DNA of 64,000 nt, taken from assembly GCA_002269645.1 (NCBI GenBank), contig NIVC01000696.1:407526-471525 (forward strand), in the 5' to 3' direction. This stretch comes from Macrostomum lignano. Taxonomy: Eukaryota. Each line of letters begins with the position of its first letter. The first letter of the stretch is position 1. A program made the position numbers and the translations under genes. This document shows positions 26,044-38,217 of the stretch, in pieces. The notes under the pieces were generated by a model. It ran no database searches, was not told the DNA's origin, and saw only the letters and a program-made list of their open reading frames with translations.

Positions 26044-26817
26044 GGTTTTTTCGCTTTTTGATTTCATAAAATTGTCATTTGATTTTGTCCATACCTGTAG
26101 AAGTTGGCAGCGCGGAAATAGAGTCTATGGCAATAAAGTGCGCTGTTTTCCGATTGAATTCATAACTTTGCCACTTCATTTCGACTTGGCGCGCGGAGTG
26201 GCTTAACACTGCCAGAGGGGGCTGGGATATCAGTGGGTGAATATCTATGGCCAAACCTCTCATAGAAATGAAAAGCCTATATGAATGTGTCCTCTTCTTG
26301 GGCAACAGTCACCTTCCTTGTGTGCCTAAAAATGGCTGCATACGCGTCCATTGGAAACGACAGAAGGCATCTTGTCATTGAATTAGCAATGAACAGGGGT
26401 GAGAAAGTGACGGACATAGCGCGATGGCTCAACATCAACAAACAGACAGTGTACTCCATAGTGAAGGTGTACGAAGAGACTGAGCGCATCGACAAGCTGC
26501 CGAAAGGAGGAAACAATCCTAAGAAGCTGGCCGATCCAATCGTACAAGAACTCGTTTCTGGCATAGAAGACAATCCAATGTTGACATTAAAGGAGATGAA
26601 GGCGAAACTGCACACGACTTTCTGTTTTTAACAGATTCTTTCTGTACTGGACAAACGCATCGACTTTTCTGTTGCCTTTCTTATGTCGAAATGAAGTGGC
26701 AAAGTTATGAATTCAATTGGAAAACAGCGCACTTTATTGCCATAGACTCTATGGCCGCGCTGCCAACTTCTATGGACGAAATCAAATGACAATTTTATGA
26801 AATCAAACGAAAAATCT
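26044..26817 (+). mobile_element. Internally deleted Tc1/IS630-like DNA transposon with ~140-bp TIRs
   Basis: 26044-26185 is an inverted copy of 26685-26817, with TA on both flanks. Internal ORF 26281-26631 encodes a transposase-like HTH region (VTDIARWLNINKQTVYSIVKVYEETERIDKLPKGG...DNPMLTLKEM) with no DDE domain. Confidence 0.8.
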
Positions 26818-29800
26818 TATATTATCGTTATGTATAAGATATTCGGCTCGAGGGATTTAAGTGAAATACCGAACCCAAACCCATAGAATATCTATCTTAT
26901 TTAAACTACTTTAATTTTGTGGGATGTATTCAGATAAATCCCGGAGCCATACTTGTATGTCTATGGTTGGAGTTCGGGATGGGGTGTGGGGGCGAAGCCC
27001 TTGCTGGGGGTGTGGGGGCGAAGCACATGCGATGAATTTTGTCGGCCTAATTTAGCTAATAAAAATAAAAGCTGCAACTTATGTTTTATCAAAATTTATT
27101 TATATTTATTTATTTATTATTATTATTTATTATTTATTTTATTTATATATTTATACATTTATAGACACAATTCTTCGCGTCGTATAGCTTTTTCTTTTTA
27201 TTTTTTAGTGGTGAAATTATATCGAAATTTATTGCAGAGTTTTGAAAAATACTTAGTCAAGTTACGTGGTAATTACATGCTTGCTTGTCGTTTGTCTTGT
27301 CGTTACCTTTTTTACACCGTTAAAATTAAATTCACAACATTTTCAAATAAATCATTTATTGAAAAAAAATTATGTTACGCCTCAAGCAAGCTCAGGGCCT
27401 TGAAGTTTGTTCAAGCAGGCTAGTTAGTTCGCACGCTCTGCTTGCATTCACAAATACTTCAAGAGCAGCCTAAATATAAACAAGCTGTTTTGCTTGTGCC
27501 AACTCCTACTTACTAATGCTATCTGATAAACGCACGAGCTCATGACCATGATTTTTAGAGAAATATATTTGCCCTAATTTTGTTTCATTTCAGTTTTTAG
27601 AACTGTTTATTGTATAGTGCAGTGCAGTCTGTTGTTTGACATAGTCGCTACACTAGGCCTATACTTATACAATACTAGTATGAGCGTATGAGGTTGGGCC
27701 ATAGGCCTTTAGAAGTCATAGGAAGGTGGTGCAGTGTGGGCGTAGCATGTGTGCTTCAACATTTGTCTAGGCCTATCTGAATCTGCCTAGCTGGCTTACT
27801 AGCTAGCTATGAAAAAAATAAAATCTATAAAATCAAGATCGTTTTTTGTTTGTATGGCTACTTGTTATTTATAACTATATGCATTTATAAATTTTAGATG
27901 GATATATTTTTATATAGGCATATATGCCATGGCCAATGGATTACATTCATTTATAGAATAGGGGCCTATTTGCTAAGGACTAAAGTGTAGGCCTATTAAT
28001 AGAGATGAGAAATATACTCTAGTCTTTTGTGATTGGTTTTTTATTAATAGAATTTTTAGAGTCTTGAAAATATAATTAATAATTTGTTAATTTTTTCAAA
28101 AATTTATTTTTTAGTAGGCCTATATATTAGGGGCCTAAATCAATAGTGGATTTAGAGGAGAAGTGCACAAGGTAGGCCCTTTAGTTCTATAGTCCCAAAG
28201 ATGTTCCATGCATGCCACGAAACTTGTTGACTACATGCTATACACTGAGATTATTCAGAAATCTCATACACATTTTACACCTAAGGGCCTCATGACCTCA
28301 TCTGCATTGTGCCACATGCAAGGCATTGACTAGAGGGAGGGGTTGAAAGCAATAATGAACTCAAATTTTTAAGAGCACTCTGTTTTTTTGCTTATATAGG
28401 GCCTAAACATAGCAAAGCTTGTTTAAACAAATTAAATTCATTTCCACTAATTAGATCACTTTTTTGTCTTTTATTTTGTCGCAAGACACAAAAATATATA
28501 TTACAAATATTTAAAGAAAATGTTGTAATTAAAATATTAAGAAATAATTGAAAATAACAAAAAATGAAGACATTACCAATTACAAATTTCCATGGTCTAG
28601 CCAAATCTAAACATATATTTTATTTCTAAATATATTTTGTATGCGGCTACATACCAAAAATTTTTTGTGTGCATTGCTATATGCGAAGTCTCATTGTATG
28701 CCATAATGCATATAGCATAGGGGCCTAAAGCTTACATGCATGCTGCAAATTTCTAAAGAAAACAGCATCTTTAGGTAAGTGGCTCTAGTTGAGTTTGAGT
28801 TTTTTGTATGTAAATGTATAGGAAATATGTATTATAATTTATATATATTTATAATATTATGTATACATTTTATAGTTTTGATTGTATAGTATACACTGGG
28901 TCCAGTAAGAGAAACTTATTTGTTTGCTAGTGTCGCAAGGGTTACTTCTGTCCTCCAACTATCCCACTAATTGCCACCAAGCTGTTACAGGTATGTTCCT
29001 CTTACTGAAATTATCTCACTGTTATGTCACCAAGCTGTGCTAGGGCTAACTTCCTACACTAATCTTTAAATGTTCTTGTTAAGTTGGTAGCTGCTACCAG
29101 GATTATCCTATTAATAAATTATGAATTTATCTATCTTATAATAATCCGAGAAACCTTTCTTAGAATTGATCTGAGTATATATCTTGGAGTATTATTCTTG
29201 GAAACTATTAACCCTTATAATTATTATTCCTCTGTTATTCTGGTAGCGTTTATTCTGATTCTGGTAGCATTTACTGTACTTTTGGCCTGAGTGGTCTATT
29301 GGCTATACTGGTATATATATTCTATGTACTTTGCAAGTCCTTAGGTGTTACCAAGATCAGAGGGTCACAGCCTCCGGTTATTCTTACACGTATCACTTCA
29401 GATCTACTTTGTATTCTTTTACTACTCAATACTGCTGCTTCTCAATAGTATATACTGTATATGCTTCAGTCTATTTCACTCTTACTTCTTAAAAGGAATT
29501 AACACAGAAAACACTTCTTCAATTCTTATTTTCTCAGAACTCTTACTATTTGCTATTAATCACTTATTGCGGAACCGCGATGTGCGAGGTTGTCTTGTCC
29601 TCTGCTGAAAACACTTCTATTTATACCAAAAGTTGATGTAGATTTAAACAAAAAATATTTGTGTAAAATAATATGAAAAATATGATTATTAAAACAAAAA
29701 TTGCACCTTAGTTTTGGCATAAATTCAAGTTCAACTAATCGGTAACTATTTTATAGAAAATTGGGAGGGGCCCTTTACACTAGGACTAAAAAACTGTTTT

Positions 29801-30019
29801 CACTATGTATGCCAATGGCAATGCTAAATTTCTTTACTTTTTCATTTTGAATTCATTATCCATATAGAATAATAAACTAAAAAAATTATACTAGGCCTAT
29901 ACAATATTTACTAAAAGAAGACAATTCAGCTATGGCAACCAAAAGTTAGTCAATGCTTAGCCCCCCTTTTTATATCTCTTTGAATTTAATAAAAGTACCT
30001 TCTTTTGCCTCCAAGCTAA

Positions 30020-30700
30020 TTGTCTATGGCCCAAACTCCCACTATGGAACCCATCAGTGTGTTATTATAGCTGTAGCTATGGCTATAGGATCTTATAGCA
30101 AATATTGTAAAATAGGTGCCTATGGCAACTATGGATATACCTATAGTCGATAGCTACTCTTATGACTATGACTATAGAAAGTAGTTGTTGTCATATTCCA
30201 TAGATTCCCATAGCCATAGTTATTAATTTAAAAAATATTAGGAACAGGTAGAGTAAAACAAAGATACTTTAGTAAACTGTATTATAGACTTAGAAACTTA
30301 TAGATTATACTTAATAAAGTATAATATAACACTAGCAAACTTCAACTTTTAACAATGTGAAAAAGTTTAGCATTAGTACTTTCAGTAGTGATTAAATATT
30401 GTTACTCTGTAAAAATAATGAATTATAATCTTTCAAAGGCAATTGAGTGTTTTTTTCTATCTTATTTGCAGTTGTTTAAGCACTAGGTTATCTTTTTGAT
30501 TCAAAATATTTTGTTTCCTAGACTTTTTGTTAAAACTATAGCTATGGCTATGGGAACTATAGGAATATGGTAATATTGGGATCTCTATGGCTATGGAATA
30601 TGGAGAATTGGAATAAGCTATAGTTTTATATACAGCTACAGCTATGGCATATGGACCCCCTTTATGGCAGAACAATGGAGCCCATAGTCTATTTTAAACC
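30020..30700. repeat. Decayed inverted-repeat (MITE-like) element inside the AT-rich island
   Basis: CATATTCCATAGATTCCCATAGCCATAGTTAT...TAGGAAC (~30193-30245) matches the reverse complement of 30513-30570; ATAGCTGTAGCT is also mirrored. Confidence 0.55.
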
Positions 30701-30989
30701 TATTAACCCTCTTTAGACCCAGATCAATAAAGAGGCAATTGGAGGTTAGTGTAGCTATCTTTTTGACAAAAAACAACCTAACTTTAAATGTGCACAGTGC
30801 CATTCAAGATTAATTTTGAGACACTAAATTTTACACAATTATGTCAAAATAATTGAAGATTGATTGTGTCAAATTTAAAAAGGATTGGTAAATTTAGAGC
30901 AGCATTATGTAGGATTCAATGAAAAAATTGCGCATTTTAGCAGTTTTTTGCACTTTTAGATAGGAAGACTCAAATTTAGGAAATGACAC

Positions 30990-31125
30990 TTTCTATAATG
31001 AATTTAGGGTAGGTACAAAATTTGGTGTATTTGGTTTAGCGGTTTGGGAGTCCATATCAATTTATATAATTTATATATAGACAGATAGATAAATAGACAA
31101 AGTTTTCATTTTTATAGGTATAGAT
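30990..31125 (+). mobile_element. Possible Helentron/DINE-1-like (HINE) 3' end
   Basis: AAATTTGGTG...GGTTT.GGAGT followed by an AGAC/AGAT microsatellite and TTTTTATAGGTATAGAT, the usual layout of DINE-1-like ends. The left end was not found. Confidence 0.35.
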
Positions 31126-33860
31126 GAGTCTTAGTAATCTGGATATCCTTCATTCAAAGTTTTTGGATCCACACTTATATCTTATGATATTGACATGATT
31201 TATCTAAGAATTATTTCTTGAAAGTTAAGAATTAAAATGATTTAAAGAATTTAATAGCCTTTCTTATATCTACATCTATTTTATTAACCTATTTTATTAT
31301 TGTATTTTTATAAAACTAAGTAAGGATAACTTGACTAATTGTTTAATTATATATTAAAAGAAACTAGCTTGATAAAGCTATATAAAAAGCAAAAATATAT
31401 TTGCATTATTTGCTTAATTCTTAAAAATTATCTTTTTAGATATAGCTTTTAGATATAATATATAATTATTATTGATTTAGCTTTAATATAACCTTGATTT
31501 CTTATTTCTAAAAAACTATGACTTTAATAAATAGCAAATAGCTCTAGCTTAAGTTTTATTGATGTTATTATTTGGATAGGCATTTAAGCTAGATGTATTA
31601 TAAAATATTTAAAACTGATTTTCCTTATTTACTTTACTAAAGAAATAAAAAGTAAGTTTAAGTTTGATACCTAAGCTGAACCTGAGTTTAGGCTTATAAA
31701 TTTAATTGTGCAGCTCAACCATTTAGACCTTTTTTCACTCGCCAATTATACAATAATTAGGAAGTGGGTCAAAAATTAAAAAAAATTGTTTTTAATGCTT
31801 TCTATATTTGAATTTTTAATTTGAATGCCCACCATAAGCAACTTAGAATACTTATATAGAACTTCAAACAATGAAAAATTCAATTTAAAAGTCCATAAAA
31901 TCATCTTCGAAGGCTAAAATTAGTTTTTTTATTATTAATTAGCATAAGAAAATATAACTTGATCTGCATTTTTTCAACAAAATTGTGGTGCCATTTTGTA
32001 CCTTGTTTCCAAAATCAAAGTGCCAAATCAGAAACCAGGGTGCCATTTTGCACTTATCAAATTTTTTTTTATTATTTAATGATTAATTTTTTAATCCTAA
32101 TCTTTATTATTAACCCTAATAATTCCTGGAAAAAATTAAATAGTTTATAAACTTGTTACTCATTCAACTTTTTTATATATGAAAATTAAGATAAGACAAT
32201 ATCTACATAGTTACATATATACTACATTTCAATGATCTGATCTTATCTTTATTATTAAAATACATTGATTTTGGCATTAAGCCAAAAAATTGTAATGCCA
32301 TTTTGGTACTAGAGCCTAAATTCAGGGTGCCAAATAAAATTTTAAGGGCCATGGCAACCATTTGGCTCAAAAACCTAGAACTTGATATTTACAAGCACAA
32401 TAATAATGTTGATAAAACTTTTAATATCTATTTTAGCCTTAGGTATGCCTAATTATTATAAATTTTTGCTAAGATTTATGACTATAAGAAGTTAAAAATA
32501 TAAAAGTTTTTAAATAGAACATATAGACATATAGTTATAGAAATGTATTTCCCATAATTGGAGCATAGTTCTTCTATCTAGTTCTTGTGTCTAATAATAT
32601 TGCCCACTTAGAAATTGAGTGTTAAAGGTCTTAAAGGACTACTGCAGCCTTTGATAAAATAGAAAAAGGGTGAAACAATGAAAATAAATGAATTTTGCTA
32701 GTTTCAAAGCTTTTGTAAACAGAACAGTCTCTAGAGTTAGATACTAAAGCAGTATTGATTTTGATAACCATATGCATATTCCTATGTTGTATAGTTGGGG
32801 TAGTGGGGGCTAAAGTTAAGATAAATGTAGTCCTTGCTATTTTTTCAATAAAAAATAATATACTTGTAGAAGCAGTTATTATTTCCTAAAAACTTATTAA
32901 AACAAACATAACTTTGCATAAATTAAAAACTGTTTTAATTTGCAAAATGTTTTTAATATTCAAGGTTTGTTTATATATATGTGATCAGCATAGTATAAAT
33001 AGGAGCAAGGTTTGAGGAGAGGAGACCAACTTGTTTTTACTTGTTCATTAGCTATAAGCTCAAAATGTGTTTGATTCTCAGATCATTGCTTATTTCTCAG
33101 AGTTCTAACAGTATTGCAAAGAAGGTTGTCAGAAAGTTGGGAGTTGGGAACTCATGCAAAGGGAGTACTAAGAGTAAGTGCTGTGACCCTCTAATCTTGG
33201 TAATGCCTAGACTGGAGAAAAAGTATATGTACCAATGAGATTGCTCAGGCTGAGATTACAAGAATGCTACCAGAATGCTACCAAAAAAAAAGCTACTAAG
33301 AATGCTACCAGAATGCTACTAAGAACACTACTAAGAATGTTACCAGAAATAGGAATAAGAAGGTTAGGACTAACAGGACTTAGCACAACATTTACAGAGA
33401 AAAGAATTAGCACTAGTATAACTTAGTGGCAGCTTATAGGATATCTATATAGGGAGAAGAAAAGCAAGCTGTTACAACTGTTGGCATTTAGTGGGATAAT
33501 TTAGAGAACAGAACTAAGCCTTGCAACAACTTTGGTGTCAGCAGTTGAGATTTTAATTGAGAAGTTTCCCCTGTGACATACTATAACAATAGGTTAAATA
33601 ATTTCTGTTATTGATTTTCTTACTATATTATATGCATTGTGTTGTATAGAGGAATGGTTGGAATTAGATTTAATATCATTAAAAAAGAAAGTTATGGGTA
33701 AAATTAGATTTGGCTTTGTATGTTTGTATAGATATAGAAAAATTTAGGTTATGATAAAAAACAAGATTGTGACAAGACACTAAATTGAGGTAAGGTAGCA
33801 GGCTTTAGCAGGCAGAGAAATACAAAAGTTAAAATCAATATAGATTATAATAAATATGCG

Positions 33861-35040
33861 ATGGGTAGCCCCCTTGCGCCTACTCTTGCCAACATTTGTA
33901 TGACTCATTGGGAGAAACAGTGGATGACCCTGCAATGTGCTCCTAGATTCTATAAGCGCTATGTTGATGACACCTTTGCCATTTTCAAAGGGGGATTGGA
34001 TCATGAAGAGTTTCTTGCTGCTCTGAACTCCACTCACAAAAACATCCAGTTACTCCCTTTCCTTGATGTTGACGTTGACATCCACTGTAATTTGGTTTCT
34101 ACTAAAGTTTACCGCAAGCCCACTTTCACGAACTTGATGCTTAATTTTGGAGCTGTCTGTCCCAGACAGTGGAAAGTTGGCCTGATTTGTTGTTTGTTGC
34201 ACAGGGCCTACACGGTTTGCAGCTCCTGGACCAATCTCAACATTGAAGTTAACAATCTCACCAAAATTCTGAGAATGAATCAATTTCCCAAGAATGTCAT
34301 TTGCAGTGAAATCAATAGATTCATCTCTAATAAAATGATGAACAAACTGAGTTTTGCTTCTGATAAGGATGTGTTAAAAACTTGTCCGACCATGGTCTTA
34401 CCTTTCTATGGCAACTGCTCTAACCTGTTGAAGAAGAAAATTGAGAAAAGCTTCCATAAATTCTTTAACACGCCTATTAAGATTGTTTTCCGCACTGCTA
34501 AGGTTGGCCAATACATTAGTAGACTGAAATCCCATGTTCCTCTTGCTCTGGCGGCAGGTGTTGTATATAAGTTCTCTTGTTCTGTTGACCAGAACATTAC
34601 CTATATAGGTAAAACTAAAAGGCACCTGTACACCAGAGTCAGAGAGCATTGGTTAAAAAGGTCAGCTATCCAAGACCACCTGCTCTGTTGCAACAGTTGT
34701 TGCGAAATTGAGCAAACTCAGCAGTTTAAAATTATTGATCGGTGTAGAACTGATTTTAGGCTCAACATACTTGAATCCATGTACATTAAAGACCAAAAAC
34801 CTAATCTGAATATTCAGCTCTCCCATAGTGTTGCGGGCCATTTGCTCAAGGTATTCTAAGTAAAGGCACTAGTCTGAACAATGTACTTGCAATCTATGCT
34901 TAACATTTTTTGGAAAATTCTGCCCATGACATGCCCTTTGGACTATACAGTTAACATTTGTTCACTTATAAAGTTGTTGTGTGAGTTGAAAATACACCAG
35001 ACCCTGATGATGGTCATTGTTGGAGTGAAACGCGTCGGAA
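33861..35040 (+). mobile_element. 5'-truncated Penelope-like retroelement (RT C-terminal half plus GIY-YIG endonuclease, ORF 33861-34859)
   Basis: MGSPLAPTLANI, YKRYVDDTF, LPFLDV, TKVYRKPT, then GVVYKFSC...YIGKTKRHLYTRVREH...ILESMYIKDQKPNLN. A short in-frame deletion appears to lie between KNIQ and LLPFLD. Confidence 0.92.
35001..35040 (+). ncRNA. Minimal hammerhead-ribozyme-like motif at the Penelope 3' end (probably degenerate)
   Basis: CTGATGA (35004-35010)...GAAA (35027-35030) then CGCGTC, with palindromic ACGCGT as stem III and a GTC cleavage triplet. Stems I and II pair poorly. Confidence 0.45.
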
Positions 35041-35379
35041 GAAAGAATTTATTATAATCTATGTTGATTTTAACTTTTGTATACACTAAATTGTTTAAGA
35101 TTTTATTAGGGATTATAATATAAAACAAATGTATTCACTAGTATACAATCAGGGTAGTAAAGAATTGCTAAGTAAATTTTTGAGCATATTTTATTGCCAA
35201 GGACTTAAAATGTATAATTTAGCTGCATCAATCTCATTAGAGACCACTAAAAGTTAGTAACTGAAAGCAAGTTTCTGTTCTATATTCTTAAATATTTGCT
35301 ATAAACCTGCATCCACTTATTTCAGAACTAGTTAAAGAAGTCATCATCTTTAAAGCTAAATATAATAAGAAATTGCAAT

Positions 35380-37019
35380 ATGTCATTTGGTAGAGGCATA
35401 GGAAGCCGTGGCAGTAGTGGTGATGACTTTCGTAGCAGTGGTCGTGTGTCAGAGCCACTGGAACCAAGCGCTCTTGTTCATGCTAGTGAGCTACCTGAGC
35501 ACACTCTTGAGGCTGATTTGCTGCGCACTTTTTCCAAGTATGGTGAAATCAAAGAAATATGTATGCTGCCCCACCTGTCTCAAGCTTTAATAGAATTTAA
35601 AGATGTAGAGTCAGCCAAGATGATTGTAGAGAATGCGAAATCGGAATCCCTAACCATATCTGGTCGACGAATTAAGGTCAATTATTCGACTTCACAGCAC
35701 ATTGTGCATCGTAATGAAGGTATGTCAACTACTGTGGAGAACAAGGTGCTATTGTTTACCGTCTACAAACAGGATTATCCTATCACTGTTGACGTGCTGC
35801 ATCAGATCTGCTCACCACATGGCACTGTTAGTCGGATCGCGATATTTCGTAAATTCCATTTGCATGCCTTGGTGGAATTCTCACGCGTCGAGGACGCCAT
35901 TCGGGCTAAGCGAAATCTGAACGGAGCCGACATCTACTCCGGCTGTTGCACCATCAAAGTTGATTACTCCGTTTCTCAATCTGTAACCGTTACTAGGAAC
36001 GACCAGGAATCGTGGGACTATGAGAACCCCAGTCTTGTAACGCTTCGCTGTTAGGTCAACCAGAAGGTAGGCAGCCATCGTTGCTCAAGGAGCCAAAGGT
36101 TTACAGAGACCAAAGCCACGTGCAACCTCAGCAGCCACCAATGCAAGCCCCGATGCAGCATCAGCCGGCTCATATCGGCTACGGAGGGTTGCAGCAATTT
36201 TCTGTACTGGACTCGTTTCATCATCCGCACGCAAATTCGCAGTTTCTGGGCCACGCCGCCGACGCTCCCGGTATTGCTGGATCAGTTTTAATGGTGTATG
36301 GCCTTAACGGTGAAGTTTTTAATTGTCAGCGCCTGTTCAATCTGCTTTGTCTGTACGGAAATGTAGTGAGCATAAAGTTTCTGCGCAGCAAGGAAGGCTC
36401 TGCCATGGTCCAGATGGGTGATCCACAAGCGGCTGAACGCGCTATTCAGAACTTAAACTTTGCCCGCATGTTCGGTCAAAAGCTGCAGCTCAGCCAGTCC
36501 AAGCAGACTTGTCTGGTCGAGACTTCCCGGCCGCGCAATTTGCCCGACGGCAGCCCGTCGTTTATTGATTTCTCAGCCAGTCGCAATAATCGATTCACAA
36601 CACCGGGCCTGGCTGCTAAAAACAAGATTTATCCGCCTTTTCGCACGCTTCAATTTTGGAACTGCCCACCGCACTGTAGCGACGAGGACTTGCGCCAGAT
36701 GTTCGCTGGATGTGGCTGTCAGCTTCCAGAAAAAATCGCCAGATTCTCTAATCCCAAGGCTGCCGAGAAGACAATCGCTGGGCAGGTGCAGTGGGCTAGG
36801 GATATTGACGCCACAGAGGCGCTAGTGCTAGCCAACAACTGCGAGGTGCAAGCGCCGGGACAAAAGTATCCGTTTGCTGTTCGGCTAAGCTTTGCAGCCA
36901 AGCCCATTGCCGATGGCCAGTGGCCTGCCTCGCGCGATCGTAGCCCGTTTAAGGAGGACGCTGCGGGCTTTAACAAAGGGAGCGGTACCAGCCGTGGTGG
37001 CAGATGCGATGAGTTCTAG
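35380..37019 (+). CDS. HNRNPL: hnRNP L/PTB-family four-RRM RNA-binding protein, intronless, with a 1-nt frameshift near 36036
   Basis: RRM1 (QALIEF), RRM2 (NKVLLFTV...YPITVDVLHQIC...ALVEF...LNGADIYSGCCTIKVDYS), RRM3 (SVLMVYGL...FNCQRLFNLLCLYGNV..IKFLRSKEGSAMVQMGD) and RRM4 (IYPP..TLQFWNCP). ORF1 35380-36054 and ORF2 (to 37019) overlap in different frames. Confidence 0.85.
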
Positions 37020-37707
37020 CTATCAATTTTCCGGTGTTCTGTTGTGGTTTCAGCATCGAAGTGGAAGTCGTCAGTGATGGCAAATGACTACAAACGCAAG
37101 TGCAGTACTTTTCAGTGAGTATCTCGGTTTTCCTTTTTTACTGTTTTAAAACACCATTTTGTGAAGTCATTAAGTGTTCAATAATTTTCCAAACGGATCA
37201 ATCGTCAAATTTAAAAACAACAATAACTACTACTACCTAAAATTAAATATTTATTTAATCTATTAAGTGGCTATTACCGATTTTCAAGACTAATTTCATG
37301 AGCTATGCTATAAGCACAGAAACAGCAGCAGTTACGTTCCCCTTCTCCATGGGTGTTCCACGTTTTTTGTTTAATATCATTTGTCCTAATAAGATTTATA
37401 ATTGAAAGAATAGTAATTTCTAATTTAGCAACAACAAAATACGCTACCAAAACGTAACCCAACTCTCCGAAAACACCTTTTCAAACAGATTGAGCAGTGC
37501 AGGGTCCTTGGAATTAATTTGAAAACCGGCAATATGCCTTTTATGTTACAATTCTTTTCGTTCTTCATGTTGTTATCTTGCGCTCCTTCAAAACCTATCG
37601 TTCTTTTTCTATATCCTCCGTATATACAATGCATGTATTTTTACGATAAATTAAAACTGCGCACATTGATCCCATCGATTATTAAGTTAACTTGAGTTGC
37701 AAAAGCA

Positions 37708-37877
37708 GCTACCGTACCACCGTGCTCACATCTTGTGTCCTATCCTATGGGAGAACCGCTACCGTAACACCGTGCTCACATCTTGTGTCCTATCCTATGG
37801 GAGAACCGCTACCGTAACACCGTGCTCACATCTTGTGTCCTATCCTATGGGAGAACCGCTACCGTAACACCGTGCTC
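37708..37877. repeat. 50-bp tandem repeat, ~3.4 copies
   Basis: GCTACCGTAACACCGTGCTCACATCTTGTGTCCTATCCTATGGGAGAACC at 37708, 37758, 37808 and partially at 37858. Confidence 0.92.
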
Positions 37878-37885
37878 CCCTATGC

Positions 37886-38217
37886 CTGGGGTCGGAAAAC
37901 TCCGGCCCTCGGGCCACATGCTTCCCGCAAAGCCTCTCTATCGGGCCCTCGGGCCCTTTTAAATTTCACAATTGCAATCCAGCCCGCTCAAGGTTTCATT
38001 TTGCCTCTTGTCTTCTCAGCTCCCTTCTCTCTAATCTTCTCTCCCCTCTCCTCTCATCTCTCCTTTCCTCTCTCCTCTCCTCTCCTCCTCTTCTCCCTTA
38101 TTCTCTCGCCTCTCCTTTCTCCTATCTCTATTTCATCTCCTCTCCCCTCCTCTGGCCCGCAGTCTTGCGCTGGGTTCTCCATCTGGCCCTGAGGTAAAAA
38201 CGTTTGTCGGACCCCTG
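37886..38217 (+). mobile_element. Non-autonomous hAT MITE (family A), second copy
   Basis: Ends CTGGGGTCGGAAAAC and GTTTGTCGGACCCCTG, 8-bp TSD CCCTATGC/CCCTATAC (7 of 8 match), pyrimidine-rich core; homologous to 7399-7747. Confidence 0.8.

Larger units (their letters stand above)
27050..33858. other. AT-rich, CpG-depleted island of decayed repeats
   Basis: Very few CG dinucleotides; none found reading 31910-33858 base by base. Abundant TAGGCCTA, CTATAG and GCTATG words. Confidence 0.8.
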
